Assembly (NCBI GenBank): GCA_963832165.1
Contig: CAWHTE010000003.1
Location: forward strand, 64,001 to 128,000
Length of the DNA stretch: 64,000 nucleotides
DNA from: an uncultured delta proteobacterium
Lineage (GTDB): Bacteria > Myxococcota_A > UBA9160 > SMWR01
Reading direction: 5' to 3'
In this document: in pieces, positions 10,081 through 19,714 of the stretch
How the letters are laid out: each line of letters starts with the position of its first letter
Position numbering within the stretch: position 1 is the stretch's first letter
The notes under the pieces: model-generated
What the model saw: the letters and a program-made list of their open reading frames with translations, nothing else
The model's database searches: none
Told to the model about the DNA's origin: nothing
Made by a program: the position numbers and the translations under genes

Positions 10081-11537
10081 ATCGCCCCGTGATCGTAGGC
10101 GTGTCGCAGGTGCTGCAGCGCGACGAGGACCCCGCTGCCACGCGCGAGCCGCTCGAGCTGATGGTGGACGCGGTGCGCGCGGCGGCCGACGACGCGGGCA
10201 GCCGCGAGCTGCTCACGCGCGCGAATCTCGTGCTCGTGTCGCGCGGAATGTGGCGCTATGCGGATCCGGGTCGCGCGATCGCACAGCGCGTGGGCTGCCC
10301 GGGCGCGAAGAGCGGGCTCACCCAGTACGGCGGGAACTACGTGCAGACCGCCGTGAGCCAGACGTGCTCCGAGATCCAGCGCGGCGCGCTCGACGTGGCG
10401 ATCGTCGCGGGCGCCGAGTGCGGGCGCACCTGGGCGCGGCTCTCGAAGCAGGGACGGCCGACGGATTGGAGCGAAGCGCCGGGCACGCCCGACACGATCA
10501 TCGGCGACGAGCTCGTAATGTGGCACGACGCCGAGATCGCGCGCGGGATCCGGATGCCGATCCAGATCTACCCGATCTTCGACGTCGCGCTGCGCGCGGC
10601 GCTCGGCGAATCGGTCGACGCCCACCTGCGGCGCATCTCCGAGCTCTGGGCGGGCTTCTCCGCGGTCGCGGCGGGAAATCCCAACGCATGGATCCGCGAG
10701 CGCAAGAGCGCGGAGGAGATCCGCACGGCCGGCCCCGAGAACCGGCCCGTGAGCTTCCCGTATCCGATGCTCATGAACTCGAACTCGCGCGTCGACATGG
10801 GCGCGGCACTGCTGCTCACGCACGAGGAGATGGCGCGCTCGCTCGGAGTGCCGCGCGAGAAGTGGGTCTACCCGCACGCGGCGACCGATGCGCACGACCA
10901 CCCGTTCGTCTCGGAGCGCGACGAGCTGCACCGCTCGCCTGCGATCCGGATCGCGGGCGGGCGCGCACTCGAGCTCGCGCGCGTCGAGCCGAAGGACCTC
11001 GCCTATCGCGATCTCTACAGCTGCTTCCCGAGTGCAGTCCAGGTGTCCGCGCGCGAGCTCGGCCTCGAGGTGCACCCGCCGCTCACCGTGACGGGTGGAC
11101 TCACGTTCGGCGGCGGTCCGATGAACAACTACGTGATGCACGGCATCGCGCGCATGACCGAGGTGCTGCGCGACGATCCGGGTGCGAGGGGTCTCGTCAC
11201 GGGGAACGGGGGCTACCTCACCAAGCACGCCTTCTGCGTCTACTCGACCGCGCCGCCCGAGCACCCGTTCTCGCACGAGGTCCTCCAGGCCCAGGTCGAT
11301 GCGCTGCCCAAGCGCGACGTGGCGATGGAGCACGAGGGCGCGGTGGCGATCGAGGCCTACAGCGTGATGTACGGCGAGGAGGGCGGTGCCTCGATCGGCC
11401 ACGCCGCGGTGCGTCTGCCCGACGGACGGCGCGCCTGGGGCAACGTCACCGATCGCGACGCTGCGGCCGCGATGACGCGCGAGGAATTCTGCGGGCGCAC
11501 GGCGCGCCTGACCCGAGACGGCGTGCTCGCCGTGTGA
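10077..11537 (+). CDS. Acetyl-CoA acetyltransferase (thiolase-like) protein
   Basis: TTG overlaps the upstream TGA; PVIVGV-Q, DLYSCFPSAVQ, TVTGGLTFGGGPMNNY, NGGYLTKH. Confidence 0.85.
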   Translation: MNRPVIVGVSQVLQRDEDPAATREPLELMVDAVRAAADDAGSRELLTRANLVLVSRGMWRYADPGRAIAQRVGCPGAKSGLTQYGGNYVQTAVSQTCSEIQRGALDVAIVAGAECGRTWARLSKQGRPTDWSEAPGTPDTIIGDELVMWHDAEIARGIRMPIQIYPIFDVALRAALGESVDAHLRRISELWAGFSAVAAGNPNAWIRERKSAEEIRTAGPENRPVSFPYPMLMNSNSRVDMGAALLLTHEEMARSLGVPREKWVYPHAATDAHDHPFVSERDELHRSPAIRIAGGRALELARVEPKDLAYRDLYSCFPSAVQVSARELGLEVHPPLTVTGGLTFGGGPMNNYVMHGIARMTEVLRDDPGARGLVTGNGGYLTKHAFCVYSTAPPEHPFSHEVLQAQVDALPKRDVAMEHEGAVAIEAYSVMYGEEGGASIGHAAVRLPDGRRAWGNVTDRDAAAAMTREEFCGRTARLTRDGVLAV

Positions 11538-11540
11538 GCG

Positions 11541-11562
11541 TGCTAGTCGAGCGCGGCTAGCA
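11541..11562. terminator. Hairpin between convergent genes
   Basis: TGCTAGTCG-AGCG-CGGCTAGCA inverted repeat just after the thiolase stop; no U-tract. Confidence 0.35.
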
Positions 11563-11709
11563 ATGTCTGAAGCGCGAGAGCCGCATCACCATCTCGCGGC
11601 TCACGCGAGCTCGCTGACCCGTCCTCCAGATCGCTACGGCGATCCTCGCAATGCCCAGCCAGACGAGTCCGTAGAGCGTTCCCAGATTCAACGGAACCAG
11701 GTCGGTCAT
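11557..11709 (-). CDS. Putative small single-TM protein (50 aa)
   Basis: MTDLVPLNLGTLYGLVWLGIARIAVAIWR...; G-rich SD-like run before the ATG; hydrophobic helix followed by a basic tail. Confidence 0.35.
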   Translation of the reverse strand: MTDLVPLNLGTLYGLVWLGIARIAVAIWRTGQRARVSREMVMRLSRFRHC

Positions 11710-11840
11710 GCCACCCCCCCGTCGCATGCCTCGGCGCGCCCGCCCAACCGGGCCACCGGTGTCATCGATCTTAGTGCTCGATCCGATCCGTGTTAAGTGG
11801 ATTCTTGGCGGTGAGGCATTTTTCCCCCGAGCTCGGCCCG

Positions 11841-13256
11841 CTAGTCGCAGTCGCGAGGTCGTTCCAGGGCGCGCGGCTCGACGAGCCCCGCCGGGTGGCG
11901 CCCGAAGCGGTCGAGCACGGACTCGAGCACGGGCAGAGCCGCGAATACGCGTCGCGTGCGGATCAACCAATCCCAGAGCGGCTCGAACTTCTTCCAGCCC
12001 GCGGCGTAGGCGAAGTGGCGCGCGCGGCCGATCCACTCGCGTTTCGCCGACGCGCCGCGCCAGATCGCGCTCCAGCGGTAGAAGTCGCGATAGGCGCCCC
12101 AGTAGCCGGCCTCGAGCTGCTCGGCGGTCATGCCGCGCGTGCGGTACACGACCTGACGCGTGTCGTAGCGATCCCAATCGCGATGCAGGATCCGGCCCTC
12201 GCGCTCCATGCGCTGGTGGAGCGCGGTGCCGGGGTAGGGCGTCAGGATGTGGAACGTCGCGGTCTCGATGCCCTGGCCGACCGCCCAGTCGACCGTACGC
12301 GCGAACACGTCGGGGCCGTCCTCGTCCATCCCGAACACGAAGCTGCCGTTCACCATCACGCCGAGGTCGTGCAGGCGTCGGATCGCAGCGCCGTAGTCGC
12401 GGTGCAGGTTCTGCGGCTTGCGCTGCGCGCGCAGGTTCTGCGCGTCGAGCGTTTCGAAGCCGACGAACAGGCTGCGCAGCCCGCAGTCGGCCGCCTTCTC
12501 GAGCAGGCGCGGCCGCAGCACCGAGTGCACGGTGCCCGCGGCCTGCCACAGCCGCCCCATGCCGCGCATGCCGTCGAATAGCGCCTCGGCGAACGGTTCG
12601 TTTCCGAACAGGTGGTCGTCGAGGAAGTAGAGGTGCCGCCCCGGCAGCCGCTCGATCTCGGCGAGCGCGGCGTCGACGGTCTGGGTGTAGAAGCCGCGGC
12701 CGCCGGCGAAGAACGCGTCCTTGTAGCAGAAGCCGCAGTGGTGCGGGCAGCCGCGCGAGACGACGATCGAGTTCGGCACGAGATAGCGCTCGCGCCGGAT
12801 CAGGTCGCGCCGGATCGGCGGCAGCGCTGCGAGCGTGCGTTGCACCGACCGGTAGAGCGGCTTCGCGCTGCCGGCACGGTAGTCGGCCAGGAACACGGGC
12901 CACGTGTCCTCGCCCGGCCCGAGGAAGATCGTGTCGGCGTGCGCGGCCGCCTCGTCGGGCAGCGAGGTCACGTGCAGCCCGCCGAGGCAGACGTGCGCGC
13001 CGCGCGCGCGGTAGCGGTCGGCGATCTGGTACGCGCGCCGCGCCGACGTGATGTAGACCTGGATTACCACGAGGTCGGGCGCGTCGTCGAGATCGAGCGG
13101 CTCGACGTGCTCGTCCTGGATCACGACCTCGTCGTCGGGCGCGAGATAGGCCGCGAGCGTCGCGAGACCGAGCGGCGGGAACAGCGAGTACTTGATCGGC
13201 CGGTAGTAGGGCGAGAGCGCCTCGGTGAGCGCGGGCAGGATCATCTTCACGCGCAC
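11841..13256 (-). CDS. B12-binding domain radical SAM protein
   Basis: PPLGLATLAA, VCLGGLHVT, SRGCPHHCGFC, FLDDHL, GFET, FVFGMDED, LTPYPGT. Confidence 0.92.
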   Translation of the reverse strand: MRVKMILPALTEALSPYYRPIKYSLFPPLGLATLAAYLAPDDEVVIQDEHVEPLDLDDAPDLVVIQVYITSARRAYQIADRYRARGAHVCLGGLHVTSLPDEAAAHADTIFLGPGEDTWPVFLADYRAGSAKPLYRSVQRTLAALPPIRRDLIRRERYLVPNSIVVSRGCPHHCGFCYKDAFFAGGRGFYTQTVDAALAEIERLPGRHLYFLDDHLFGNEPFAEALFDGMRGMGRLWQAAGTVHSVLRPRLLEKAADCGLRSLFVGFETLDAQNLRAQRKPQNLHRDYGAAIRRLHDLGVMVNGSFVFGMDEDGPDVFARTVDWAVGQGIETATFHILTPYPGTALHQRMEREGRILHRDWDRYDTRQVVYRTRGMTAEQLEAGYWGAYRDFYRWSAIWRGASAKREWIGRARHFAYAAGWKKFEPLWDWLIRTRRVFAALPVLESVLDRFGRHPAGLVEPRALERPRDCD

Positions 13257-13753
13257 GATCGCGGTACTCCGAGCACCATCACCGAGACGGTGCGGTCGCG
13301 GGCCTCGTCGCACTCGAGCAGGAACACCCGCTGCCAGCGGCCGAGCTGGAGCCGCCCGCCCACCACGTTCAGGCACTCGGTCGTGCGCAGCACCAGCGCG
13401 CGCGCGTGGGCGTGTCCGTTCGGCCGCTCACCCGGCGCGAGGTTCACCGTGCGCACCTCGAACCGGTCGTGCTGCCAGCCCGCACCCGCGGGCGCCCAGC
13501 GCTCGAGCAGCGCGCGGAAGTCCTCGTGCAGGAGCGGCTCGTTCTCGTTCACGACCAGAGCCGCGCTCGTGTGCAGGCACTGCAGGTTGGCGAGCCCGTG
13601 TGTGATTCCCGAGCGCTCGACGCACGCGATGAGCCAGTCGGTCAGGTCGACGAAGTGCATCGGGCCCGCGGTGCGCAGCTCGATTGTGCAGGTGAACGCG
13701 GAGAGCGGCGGGTCAGCGGGCAATTCGGACGGGTGCGGGGCGGTTGTCGCCAT
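13247..13753 (-). CDS. yjbQ: YjbQ/UPF0047 family protein
   Basis: HTSAALVVNENEP, NGHAH, GRLQLGRWQRVFLLECD. Confidence 0.9.
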   Translation of the reverse strand: MATTAPHPSELPADPPLSAFTCTIELRTAGPMHFVDLTDWLIACVERSGITHGLANLQCLHTSAALVVNENEPLLHEDFRALLERWAPAGAGWQHDRFEVRTVNLAPGERPNGHAHARALVLRTTECLNVVGGRLQLGRWQRVFLLECDEARDRTVSVMVLGVPRSCA

Positions 13754-13833
13754 CGATCGGTCTCCCGGGTGGGCGGCTGCCGGAGTGACAGCTGCGTGCG
13801 GGAGCAGGTTCGGCGCCGGACGCGCGGAAGAAA

Positions 13834-13858
13834 TGAGCGCGGTGTGATCAGTTCGTGA
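13834..13858 (-). promoter_or_regulatory. Three TCA boxes phased at 11 bp; candidate wHTH binding site
   Basis: Minus strand reads TCAcgaactgaTCAcaccgcgcTCAtttc, about 80 bp upstream of yjbQ. Confidence 0.4.
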
Positions 13859-15248
13859 GGGGAGGCTGAGCGCGAGGGCCCGGCGGGATGGGCCGGTAGG
13901 TGAGCCCGAGGATCACGCCGGTCCCGAACGCAAAGCCTTCCCATGCGCTCACCACGACCCGCGTGAGCGCGCCCGGGCTCGTCTCACCCAGTAGCCGCGC
14001 GACCGGTGCGAGGCCCACTTCGGAGCCGGGGAACGCGACCGCGAGCAGGTTCAGGCTCATCGCGCCGAGGAAGCTGCCGTTTGCGCCGAGCCATCCGGTC
14101 GCGAGCCCGCAGATTGCGCCCGCGAGCAGCGCCGCCGCGACGCGCGCGGCACCGACCGGCGTCGCGAGGCCGCCGCTGAGACGCGGAGTCGCGAGCGCGT
14201 AGCCAATTCCGATCGCCGCGCCGATCACGAGACCCTCGAAGCCCCCCGCGACCGCCGACAGGTTCACGCCGAAGATCCCGCGCAGCAGCAGCGCGGCGAG
14301 CCCATGACACAGCGCGCCGATCGCCGCGCCGCCCGCTGCGCCGCCGAGCACGACTGCGGGTGCGCGCGCGGCCCGGAACGTCACCTCGCCGAGCGTGAGC
14401 CCGCCCGCGACGCCGACCGCGCCGAGACCGCCGACCACGCCGCCGAAGATCGCCAGCACGGGCATCACGCCCGCGCTGCCGGTCGCGCCGGGTCCGAGCC
14501 AGAGCGCGCTGCCGCCGAGCACACCCGCCACGAGTCCGGCCGCGGCGCCGCCGAACACCGCGGCGAGCCAGCGCCGGCGCGCGAGTGACCACAGTTCGTG
14601 GAGCCGCAGACGCGCGAGCGCCAACCCGCTGCGCCACATCCCGGTGTGTCCCAGAAACGGCACGGGTGCGCCGTCGCGCACGTCCCAGCGCGCGTCGCGC
14701 AGCGTGGCGAGCGCGAGCGCGGAGCCGGCGCGTGCTTCGAGTGCTCGGCGCGCGCGCTCGGCGTCGAGCTCGAGCAGCGTGCGCGCGGCGTCGCGGCGCT
14801 GCGCGTCCGACTCCTCGCCGACCGCGTCCGACAGCAGCGCCGCGAGGGCGGCGTCGAACTCGCCGTCCGCGCGCGGTGCAGGCGCGGCGATCACCGGCTT
14901 GGCCGTGTGGGCGGGCGCGACCTCCTCGATCTCGCGCACCTCGGCGTACACGAACTGATATCCGTGGCGCGCCGCGGTGCGGATGAACGTGGGCGAGCGC
15001 GGGTCGTCGCCGAGCGCGCGCCGCAGCGTGCGCACGGCCTGGTTCAGCGCGTTGTCGCTCACGACGACGTCGCTCCAGACGCGGTCGAAGATCTCGCGCC
15101 GGTGCACCGCCTCGGGGCGGCGCTCGAGCAGCAGCACGAGCAGGTCGAAATAGCGCGGGATCAGCGCGAGGTCGCAGCCGTCGCGCAAGAGCTAGCGGCG
15201 CGCGCGCGACACCACGAAGCCGGCGAAGTGGAAGGCGGCGCGTTGCAC
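13848..15248 (-). CDS. OmpR/CadC-type winged-helix regulator with multi-TM C-terminus; in-frame TAG at 15192-15194
   Basis: VQRAAFHFAGFVVSRARR*LLRDG...FDLLVLL...VWSDVVVSDNALNQAVRTLRRALGDD...IRTAARHGYQF; Gly-rich TM helices. Confidence 0.8.
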
Positions 15249-15276
15249 GGGCCCGGAGAATACTCGCCGGCCGCGA

Positions 15277-16323
15277 TCAGTCCGCCCGGCGGACCAGCTC
15301 CACCGCGCGGCCGAGCGCGTCGAGACGCGAGCCGTCGTCGCCCGCGAGCGGCTCGATCCGCAGCATGCCGATCCCCGCGCTGCGATAGGCGCGCAGGCGC
15401 TCGCGGATCCGCGACTCGGGTCCGATCAACGTGGTGCGCAGGATCAGCTCGTCGGGGACGCGGCGTGCGGCCTCGTCGCGCTTGCCCGCGAGCCACAGGC
15501 GCTGCACCTCGATCGCGGTGTCCTCGAAGCCACCGCGGCGATAGGCGTCGTTGTAGAAGTTCGTCTTCGCAGAGCCCATGGCGCCGAGCGTGAATGCCAT
15601 GCGCGGCTTCTGCGCCGCGATCAGCGGCTCCGGATCGTCCGTGACCGCGAACGTGCAACCGACGCAGAGCGTCAGGTCGGAGAGCTTGCGCCCCGCGCGC
15701 TCGGCGCCGCGCCGCAGGTGCGCCAGGTGCGTTTCGGCGGCTTCGGGCGTGAACGAGGTGCCGAGCCAGCCGTCGCCGAGCTCGCCCGTGAGCTCGAGCC
15801 CCTTCGGCGAGAGCGTCGCGAGATAGATCGGGATGTTCGGGTTGGCCGGCTGCGCGAGGCGCAGCGCCTTGCCCTCGCCACCGGGCCGCGGCAGTACGTG
15901 GTGCTCTCCCGCATAGCGCAGCGGCTCACCGCGGAACGCGAGCCGCACGATCTCGATCGTCTCGCGCATGCGCGAGATCGGCTTCGCGAACGACACGCCG
16001 TGCAGGCCCTCGACCACCTGCGGGCCCGACGCACCGAGCCCGAGGATGAAGCGGTTCCCCGAGAGCGCCGCGAGCCCCATCGCCGTCATCGCGGTCATGC
16101 TCGGCGCGCGTGCGCTGATCTGGAGGATCCCGCTGCCGAGCACGAGCCGGTCGGTCTTCGCCGCGAGATAGGCGAGGACCGATACCGCGTCGTAGCCCCA
16201 GGCCTCCGCGCTCCACGCCGCGTCGACGCCGAGCTTCTCGGCCTCGATCGCAAACGCGGCGATCCGCGCGAACTCGCTCGCCTGGCCCGAAGCCGGTCCG
16301 CCGACGCCGATCGCCGTCTTCAT
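15277..16323 (-). CDS. LLM class (F420/flavin-dependent) oxidoreductase
   Basis: WSAEAWGYDA, GRF-like NRFILGLGASGPQVVEGLHG, IPIYLA...PKGLELTGELGDGW. Confidence 0.9.
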   Translation of the reverse strand: MKTAIGVGGPASGQASEFARIAAFAIEAEKLGVDAAWSAEAWGYDAVSVLAYLAAKTDRLVLGSGILQISARAPSMTAMTAMGLAALSGNRFILGLGASGPQVVEGLHGVSFAKPISRMRETIEIVRLAFRGEPLRYAGEHHVLPRPGGEGKALRLAQPANPNIPIYLATLSPKGLELTGELGDGWLGTSFTPEAAETHLAHLRRGAERAGRKLSDLTLCVGCTFAVTDDPEPLIAAQKPRMAFTLGAMGSAKTNFYNDAYRRGGFEDTAIEVQRLWLAGKRDEAARRVPDELILRTTLIGPESRIRERLRAYRSAGIGMLRIEPLAGDDGSRLDALGRAVELVRRAD

Positions 16324-16922
16324 TTCGAGCTCTCCTGCAGCGCGCGTTCGAGGAACGGGAGATGATCGACCCCGAAGTACGGCTCGTCCGCGAAGAACAG
16401 CGTCGGCGCGCCGAACACGCCGCGCGCGACGGCCTCCTCCGTGGTCGCGCGCAGCTCGTCCTTCACGGCGGGCGTCTGGGCGCGCTCGGCGATCTGCGCG
16501 GCGTCGAGTCCCGCGGTGCCGAGCACGTCGGCCACGACGGTGGCATTGCCGAGATCGAGGCCCTTCACCCAGATCGCGGAGTAGATCGCCGCGTGGAAGC
16601 GATCGAACACGCCGGCGTGTTGCGCGGCGACCGCGGTCCGCATGAGCGCGAGGGTGTTGATCGGAAAGTGCGGGTTGTGCTCGAACGGCACGCCGTGGTA
16701 GGCGGCCGCGCGGCGCAGCGCGCGCATGCCGTATGTGCGCTTGGCCGCCACCTCCTCGTACATGGGCGACTGGTTCCCGGTCTCCTTGAATACGCCGCCG
16801 AGCAGCATCGGGCGGTAGACGAGCGTTGCTGCGTGGCGCTGCGCGAGATCCGGGACCACCGCACTCGCGATGTAGCTGTAGGGGCTGCCGTAGTCGAAGA
16901 AGAACTCGAGCGTGCGGGACAT
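16320..16922 (-). CDS. 2-hydroxychromene-2-carboxylate isomerase / DsbA-like (GST kappa) protein
   Basis: FFFDYGSPYSY, PMLLGGVF, RGVFGAPT, FGVDHL. Confidence 0.9.
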   Translation of the reverse strand: MSRTLEFFFDYGSPYSYIASAVVPDLAQRHAATLVYRPMLLGGVFKETGNQSPMYEEVAAKRTYGMRALRRAAAYHGVPFEHNPHFPINTLALMRTAVAAQHAGVFDRFHAAIYSAIWVKGLDLGNATVVADVLGTAGLDAAQIAERAQTPAVKDELRATTEEAVARGVFGAPTLFFADEPYFGVDHLPFLERALQESSK

Positions 16923-16954
16923 TGGCTCGAAACATAGTTCGCTAGCTTCGCCTC

Positions 16955-17587
16955 GTGAAGCTCCTCTCCGTGAACGTGGGATTGCCGCGCGACGCCGTCT
17001 GGCGTGGCGAAGTCGTGCGCACGGGGATCTTCAAGCACGCGGTACCTGGACCCGTGGCCGTGCGCGGCCACAACCTCGCGGGCGATGGGCAGGCCGACCT
17101 GCGCGTGCACGGCGGCGCCGACAAGGCGGTCTACGGCTATCCGAGCGAGCACTACGCATTCTGGTGTGACTGGCTCGGCGTCGAGTCGCTGCCCTGGGGC
17201 GCGCTCGGCGAGAACCTCACCACCGAGGGCCTGCTCGAAGCCGAGGTCTGCATCGGCGATCGATTTCGCGTGGGAAGCGCGCTGCTCGAGGTGAGCCAGC
17301 CGCGCATTCCGTGCGCGAAGCTCGCGCTGCGCCACGAGCGCGCGGATCTGCCCAAGCATTTTCTCGCGAGCGGGCGCTCCGGGTTCTACTTCCGGATCGC
17401 GCGCGAGGGAGAGGTCTCGCCCGGCGATGCGATCGAACGCGTCGCATCCGACCCGCGCGGGCTCTCGGTCGCCGAAGTGCAGAGCATCAAGCGCGGGGTG
17501 GCGGGGCCAGCGCTGATCCGCCGCGCGTTCGAGCACCCCGCACTCGCGGCGGTCTGGCGCGAGGACCTTCGTAAGCGTCTCGAATAA
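16955..17587 (+). CDS. MOSC domain protein (YiiM-like)
   Basis: GDGQADLRVHGGADKAVY, GENLT, VSQPRIPC, SGFYFR. Confidence 0.9.
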   Translation: MKLLSVNVGLPRDAVWRGEVVRTGIFKHAVPGPVAVRGHNLAGDGQADLRVHGGADKAVYGYPSEHYAFWCDWLGVESLPWGALGENLTTEGLLEAEVCIGDRFRVGSALLEVSQPRIPCAKLALRHERADLPKHFLASGRSGFYFRIAREGEVSPGDAIERVASDPRGLSVAEVQSIKRGVAGPALIRRAFEHPALAAVWREDLRKRLE

Positions 17588-17644
17588 CCGCCCCGGGACC
17601 GCGCCGTGCGCAGCGCGCGCGGCTGCCGTACGGTTTCGGGCCGG

Positions 17645-18577
17645 ATGATGGTCCAGGCACCCAGGTTGGGCCGCGCGATGGCCGCGGCGGTCGCGTGCGG
17701 GGTCGCACTCGCGCTCGCGGCCGGGGCGTCCCCCGAGCCGCCGCCGGATCCGCCCGCGGCGATCGCGGCGCTGGGTCTCGACCCCGCGCAGGCGCGCCTG
17801 TGGAGCGAGGGGCTCGCGCTCGAGACCCGCGAGTCGTTTCCCGCCTCGAACCAGCGCTACGAGCAGCTCGCCGCCGCGCATCCGGAATCGGCGTTCCTGG
17901 CGTGGCGGATCGCGCGCAACCACTGGCGCGAAGGCGAGCGGCTGCCGGTCGAGGCCAAGGAGAAACGCCGCGCTGCCTTCGAGCGCGCACTCGAGTGGGC
18001 GGAGCGCTCGCTCGCGCGCGACCCGAACTGCGGCGAGTGCGTGCTCTGGACGGTCGTGTCGCGGGGCCGCCTCGCGACCACCGTGGGCGTCATCCAATCG
18101 GTGCCGATGGTCGCGCCGATGGCGAAGCTGATCGAGCGCGGCATCGCGCTGCAGCCGACCACGCGCGACAACGAATGGAATACCACGCTCGGCAATCTCT
18201 ACTACGCGGCGGCTGCCTTCTATCGCGTGGCGCCCGAATGGCCCGGGGTCGAGTGGGTGATCGGGACGCGCGGGGACAAGGATCGCGCGCTCGACTACAT
18301 CGAACGCGCGGTCGCGATCTCGCCGATGCGGCTCGACTACCAGCTCGAGCGCGGCGTGCTGCTGACCTGCATCGGCGTCGATCGCGGCGACCGCACCGCG
18401 CTCGAGCGCGGCCGCAAAGCGCTCGCGAGCGCGCGCGAGATGCCGCACCACCTCGGCACCGACGCCATCGACGCGAAGAACGCGGAGATCCTGCTCGCGA
18501 AGCCGGAGCTCGCGTGCGGATACCAGCGCGACGGCTTCATCGATCTTTCGAAGATGAAGCGGGCCGGCGTGCTCTGA
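17645..18577 (+). CDS. Exported helical-repeat (TPR-like) protein
   Basis: N-terminal signal peptide; repeated amphipathic helices such as ALEWAERSLARDPN and ALDYIERAVAISP. Confidence 0.6.
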   Translation: MMVQAPRLGRAMAAAVACGVALALAAGASPEPPPDPPAAIAALGLDPAQARLWSEGLALETRESFPASNQRYEQLAAAHPESAFLAWRIARNHWREGERLPVEAKEKRRAAFERALEWAERSLARDPNCGECVLWTVVSRGRLATTVGVIQSVPMVAPMAKLIERGIALQPTTRDNEWNTTLGNLYYAAAAFYRVAPEWPGVEWVIGTRGDKDRALDYIERAVAISPMRLDYQLERGVLLTCIGVDRGDRTALERGRKALASAREMPHHLGTDAIDAKNAEILLAKPELACGYQRDGFIDLSKMKRAGVL

Positions 18578-18592
18578 CGCCGCAGCGGCGGC

Positions 18593-19714
18593 TCACATCT
18601 GTGCGACGAGATCGGCCAGTGCGAGACACGCGGTGAGCCCCGGGCTCTCGATCCCGTAGAGCTGCACGAGACCGGGGACCCCGTGCTGCGCGGGTCCGTC
18701 GATCGCGAAGTCGCGCCAGCTCCCGCCGGGCGCCGAGAGCTTCGGGCGGATCCCCGCATAGCCCGGCCGCAGCGCGCCGTCGGGTAGCCCCGGCCAGAAT
18801 CGCCGCGCCGCGCGGTAGAACAGATCCGCGCGCTGCGCATCGACGGCATAGTCGAGCGTCGGCACGTATTCCGCGTCCGGCCCGAACTTGAGCTGCCCGC
18901 CGAGATCGACCGTCGAGTGCACCGAGAGCCCGCCGTGGCGGGTCGGGTAGATCGGGCGCCGGAACGGCGAAGGCCCCGCGTACGCGAAATAGCTTCCCTT
19001 CACGTAGTAGAGGTCGGGCACGCGCGCGGCGTCGTAGCCGAGGGTCCGCCGCGCGAGCTCGTTCGCACCGAGGCCCGCCGCATTGATCAGCCGGCGGCAG
19101 CGCACGGTTTCGCGCCGTTCACCGCCGATGCGCACTGCGAAGGACGCTGCCTCCCGCGCCGCGCCGTCGACCGGCGCGTGGTAGGCGATGTGCGCGCCGC
19201 GCTGCTCTGCGTCGGCGAGCAGCGCGCTCATGAGCTGCTCCGGATCGACGATGCCGGTGGCCGGCGAGAGCGCGGCCGCGACGCACGAGACCTCCGGCTC
19301 GAGCTGGCGCGCTTCGGCCGCCGAGAGCACGACGAGCGCGTCGTCGCCGACGAGGCCGTTGGCGCGCGAGAGCACGACCAGGTGCTCGAGCGCCTCCCGC
19401 TCCTGCGCGTCGGTCGCGACCAGCAGCTTCCCCGTGCGCCGGTGGTCGATGCCGCGCTCCGCGCAGTAGCGGTAGAGCGTGCGGCGGCCCGCGACGCAGA
19501 GGCGCGTCTTCCACGAGTCGGTCGGGTTGTAGATCCCCGCGTGGATCACCTCGCTGTTGCGCGACGAGGTCGCCGTGCCGAAGCGCGGCTCGCTCTCGAG
19601 GATGACCACCTCGCGGCCGCGCAGCGACTCCGCGCGCGCGATCGCGAGCCCGATCACGCCCGCGCCCACGACGACCGTGTCGAACACGGCGGTCGTGTCG
19701 AAGGCGCGGCTCAC
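18593..19714 (-). CDS. FAD-dependent oxidoreductase, L-2-hydroxyglutarate dehydrogenase family
   Basis: VVVGAGVIGLA, SSRNSEVIHAGIY, INAAGLGA, YAGIRPK, GIESPGLT. Confidence 0.88.
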   Translation of the reverse strand: MSRAFDTTAVFDTVVVGAGVIGLAIARAESLRGREVVILESEPRFGTATSSRNSEVIHAGIYNPTDSWKTRLCVAGRRTLYRYCAERGIDHRRTGKLLVATDAQEREALEHLVVLSRANGLVGDDALVVLSAAEARQLEPEVSCVAAALSPATGIVDPEQLMSALLADAEQRGAHIAYHAPVDGAAREAASFAVRIGGERRETVRCRRLINAAGLGANELARRTLGYDAARVPDLYYVKGSYFAYAGPSPFRRPIYPTRHGGLSVHSTVDLGGQLKFGPDAEYVPTLDYAVDAQRADLFYRAARRFWPGLPDGALRPGYAGIRPKLSAPGGSWRDFAIDGPAQHGVPGLVQLYGIESPGLTACLALADLVAQM

